A stretch of DNA of 52,624 nt from Thraustotheca clavata (lineage: Eukaryota), in assembly GCA_002081575.1 (NCBI GenBank), contig JNBS01000043.1, positions 1-52,624 of the forward strand, in the 5' to 3' direction. Of this stretch, positions 49,042 through 52,624 are shown piece after piece. Numbering within the stretch: the first letter of the stretch is position 1; the number at the start of each line of letters is the position of its first letter. A program made the translations under genes and the position numbers. The notes under the pieces are model-generated. The model saw only the letters and a program-made list of their open reading frames with translations, was not told where the DNA came from and ran no database searches.

Positions 49042-50673
49042 ATGAAATATTGGTGTTGTGGCATTCTTGGTGAGCAATATGGTGGAATGACCTTCTTTGT
49101 TGATATCACTGGAATTGAGACTGGGTACAATTTTCAATATGCTATAGAAATCGAGTACTTTCATCGAGTCAAACGAAATGTTATTGTAAAGATTCTTTAC
49201 TTGGCTAATAGAAATTTTCGTTGGCTGCAGATAGGCGATAACACTAGGTCTTTTTTTAAAAGTAGTGATGCAAGTGGATATGATAAGATTGAAAATTGAC
49301 AACTTACCCAGTGTAATATATTTGACAAAGAAATATTGAAAGAGGAAGGAATTATTCATATTTTACCCGAATTCACTGATCCTAATGAACCATTATACAA
49401 AAGACGCTGTATTCAAAGTCTTCCACAAAATATTGATACCAATGACAAATTTTTCAATGGTAATTATTGACGGCATGACAATGAAAACTCAAATTTGGCA
49501 AGCTTTCTTAGATGATGTTTTAGATTTTTACCACCCACCACGACACCAAGTTATTGCGATTAAATCAGAGTCATTTTCGTCATCTAATGCCTACAGAAAA
49601 TTTTCTTCTTTTGAAGTGTTACCTTGGACATTTAAGGAGTATGATACAATATTGAACAACAAAACATTTCTGCATAGTGTCTTACCAAATTTGGACGAAA
49701 ACAGTGAAGGATTTAACAATATCAATGAACTAAAAACGAAATTGGATGGTGGCAATTTTTCCCTGGCATGTAAGAGAAAATTGCTTACGCACAAATATTA
49801 TTATGCTGGTACTTGTGCTCCATGGATGTTTGAATTTTCGTTTAAGAATGTGCTTGAAAATATTGATCGGTATATGAGCAGTGTTGTCAATATCATTACC
49901 TTAATGGGCCTTTCTCTAAATGAGCATACTGAAATTGCATTTTATCATTTAATGAGCTCTTACACTTGTTTTGGTCGAAGACAACTTTTTACAAGCAACT
50001 ATATTGCAAAGAAAGCATTGTTTTGGGATAAAAAAAAGTGTACTTAATTATTCTTATCGTTTGGCAAAAGTTGCAAACAGCAATACATTATATAAATGGT
50101 CTATTGAGAATAGTTTTTTAATGCAAGGTCGATAAATTTTTTATCGGAAAATAGCAACATTCCATTCATATTTGATGTATTTGGCTACGAAACCATTTAC
50201 TTTGATTTGCCGAGTGATATTAACTATTTTGATTCTGAAAAGTATTCCTAGCACTTCGAAGCCAAATAGCAAAAGCTATAGCAAAAAACCCAACAATTGA
50301 AAACTTGAATAATGTGTTGTTTGTTCCTGAAAATTCCAATCAGTCTAGATTTCACCTTGTCGGTCTGCATTGTATAAGAAAACATCGACTTATTTTGCGC
50401 TTTTTTCAAGTCATCAACTTAACAAACCGTAAACTCAAACTTCAGTATATCAGTACATTTACAAAGCTATTTGCTCAAAGTATAGCTCTAAAAATTCATG
50501 GAGTTGAGGTTTATTTGGTTATTCCGAAAACCCTTCCTACATGTAAATTCACTGTCAACAACTCAATGATCGAGGGACAAATGACAGAGTGGTGTGTTGG
50601 AATTGGTGATTCAAAATGGATTGACCCAGTGAATCAAATTGAAATTGTATTTTTTGAACAAACCAGAGAATAA
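49042..50673 (+). pseudogene. Crinkler (CRN)-like pseudogene with NTPase-like/REase-like C-terminal remnants
   Basis: MKYWCCGILGEQ..FFVDI..AI..ILYLAN..WL header (similar to LYLAK). Downstream fragments VIIDG, PWTFKEY, YYYAG.C..WMF and P..NQ..FFQV lie in three broken ORFs. Confidence 0.7.
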
Positions 50674-50884
50674 GTTTTGTTTGATTCACTCAATAGCTGA
50701 GTTAATGCATTTCTCGAACCAACAATTCATATTATGAATAATTTATCTATAATTGTTACTTCATTGATCTATGAAATATGGCCAAAGAGTAAGAGGTACT
50801 CTATGATATTCTTGACCAGAAAAAAATTTAGCAAAATACAGCAATAGAATTCATGGACAATGGTGTAGGAATAGATATGTTATA

Positions 50885-52624
50885 TTACTGGGCATCTTCG
50901 TCTGGCATTGCTATATTAGATAGAGCAAAATCCAATTCTATTGCTGTTGGCCGAGCTTCAGGCTCATGTGATAGGCATCGAAGAGCTAGTGATTTTAACC
51001 ATGGTGGGCAAGTTGGTGTAAATGAAGGTTGAATAGTCCCATTGATAACCATACTAACAATAGCTGTATCCACATAAGCTCTACCAGTTTTTGGATTCAC
51101 TGTTTGAGCATAAGGAATTTCATGTGTATCAATTTCAGACATGATCATGCCTAATCATAATAAGTTGAGAAAAAAGTAGAAATGTTATACCAAGTGAAAA
51201 TATATCTGCAGCAATAGTGTAATGATCATCTTTAAGAATTTCTGGGGCCATCCACCGATAAGTACCAACGCTAATAGTCATTGTTTCTTGAAAGTCTTCT
51301 TTGGAAACACCAAAGTCAGTAATTTTAGCGCCTTTTGTTGAGTCGAGTAATACATTCCGTGATTTCATATCACGGTGGATAATACTCATCGAATGAATAT
51401 AAACGAGTGCTTCCACAATATCACGAATGATTTGAAGTTTTCTGGTCCATGGAACTAATCGATGGATACTTAAAAATTCTTTCAAGTCTCCAAGGTCCAT
51501 CAACTCAATGACTGCAGTAATATCACGTGGTCTTGTCCACGCAACTCCATATAAAGCTACAATTCGAGCACAATCAAATCTAAAATACCTATAAATTATA
51601 CAATAGATAGATGACATTGTACCGTGCCATAATCTGTAATTCATCAATAAAGCTTTGAATATCGAGTATTGCTGTTTTTTGTGGTAATAGTTTTTTTACA
51701 GCAACAACTCGACCTAAATATTGACCACGATAGATTTCACCAAAAGCACCTTCATTCATTTTGCTAAACAATGTGACATCGTTCATTGGAATACGAACAG
51801 GAGATAACACTTCCAAATCATCCATAAGTTCATCAGTAGCATCCCATTGCTCTAAACAAATTTGTTAGCATAATATTTCTTGATAAATGACATACGTCGT
51901 AAACGATGCACTCTTCGACGATATAGTGCATAAAGTGCAATTGCAATGAGGGCAACAAAACTTACAGCTATAGCAGCAGTTAGAGTAGAAGCTATAGCAA
52001 TTATTAGGTAAACCTATATTATCTATGCTCTAACCTGGTGCTTTTGGTGGACTGGTTGCTTTATTTGTTTGTTCTGGTTGCATAGCCGATCGAGATGTAA
52101 TATTAACACAAGCATCCCAAGTTACATTGTTGTGATTGTTTGGCCAAACTGGCAGTAAAGTTTGAAATGATGTGCAATCTTTTGAGTCGATCGAATTGCC
52201 TGTGGTATAAGCAAAGTTTTTATAGTTTGTGCTGTAATTTGTAGTCAATATAAGCCGATTAAGAGCACTGTAAGTAGGAAAATCCATAAAAACATGTTTG
52301 ATGGGGTTGAATGAGCAGCCACTACAGCTTTATAAGTTATTTGAATTGGTAAATGATTTTACAAGTAGTACAACGCATTGGAGAGTATAACATTGTTTAG
52401 TGTTGTAAGTTGTGGGTTAAAGGATAATTCCCTACAACCATAACTTAAATCATTCAATATATCAAAAAACATACAAAAAAGTTAATGAGGCCCAATTTAA
52501 ATTGTCAAGTTTGACCAACCTGTTTCTTTGTAAATCCCTACTCATGTATTTAAATAAAATATCTTGGTATCATTCTTACAATTGTTCAAGCCGTGAATGT
52601 TCAAGCTGTGGCCATGCAAGTGAA
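50885..52624 (-). CDS. LRR-transmembrane TKL receptor-like kinase (5' end outside the window)
   Basis: Kinase motifs GAFGEIY, VAVKKL, HRDMKSRNVLL, DFG, GTYRWMAPE and DIFSLG. TM segment TAAIAVSFVALIAIALYAL followed by RRR. Upstream short exons read as LRR units (LDLQRNRLVKL, LELSFNPQLTTL). Confidence 0.9.

Overview
AT-rich, gene-dense eukaryotic DNA, most likely from an oomycete of the Saprolegniales type. The evidence is Crinkler-like LYLAK relics, a PDR-type ABC transporter relic, an LRR-TM-TKL kinase and flagellar genes. The ORF track is fragmented because most genes are split by very short GT-AG introns (about 35-50 nt by hand count). Intact genes: site-1 subtilase, a secreted/ER Cys protein, CTD phosphatase, SNF2-RING helicase, a RanBP2-finger protein, cytochrome b5, EFHC/RIB72, a 665-aa multi-TM protein, HSF, a divergent 14-3-3, Pol kappa, TFIIH p62, a SPIRAL1-like protein, TFIIE-beta, a Gly/Asn/Gln-repeat GPI protein, a giant TPR protein, PACRG-like, a small GPI protein and a partial LRR kinase. 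Decayed elements: an ABCG/PDR pseudogene, a deleted tandem duplicate, two Crinkler pseudogenes and a 576-bp hAT-type element with TIRs and an 8-bp TSD. Most notable observations: (i) a lone 188-nt intron in TFIIE-beta containing a ~120-nt G-U-containing fold-back; (ii) two GPI-type proteins sharing an unannotated CAPxC-x6-GCxGCP module and bracketing a TPR/PACRGL pair in mirror image; (iii) two convergent genes whose stop codons overlap in one TTAA; (iv) the hAT element next to a dead Crinkler. All exon models were assembled by eye; no searches were run.
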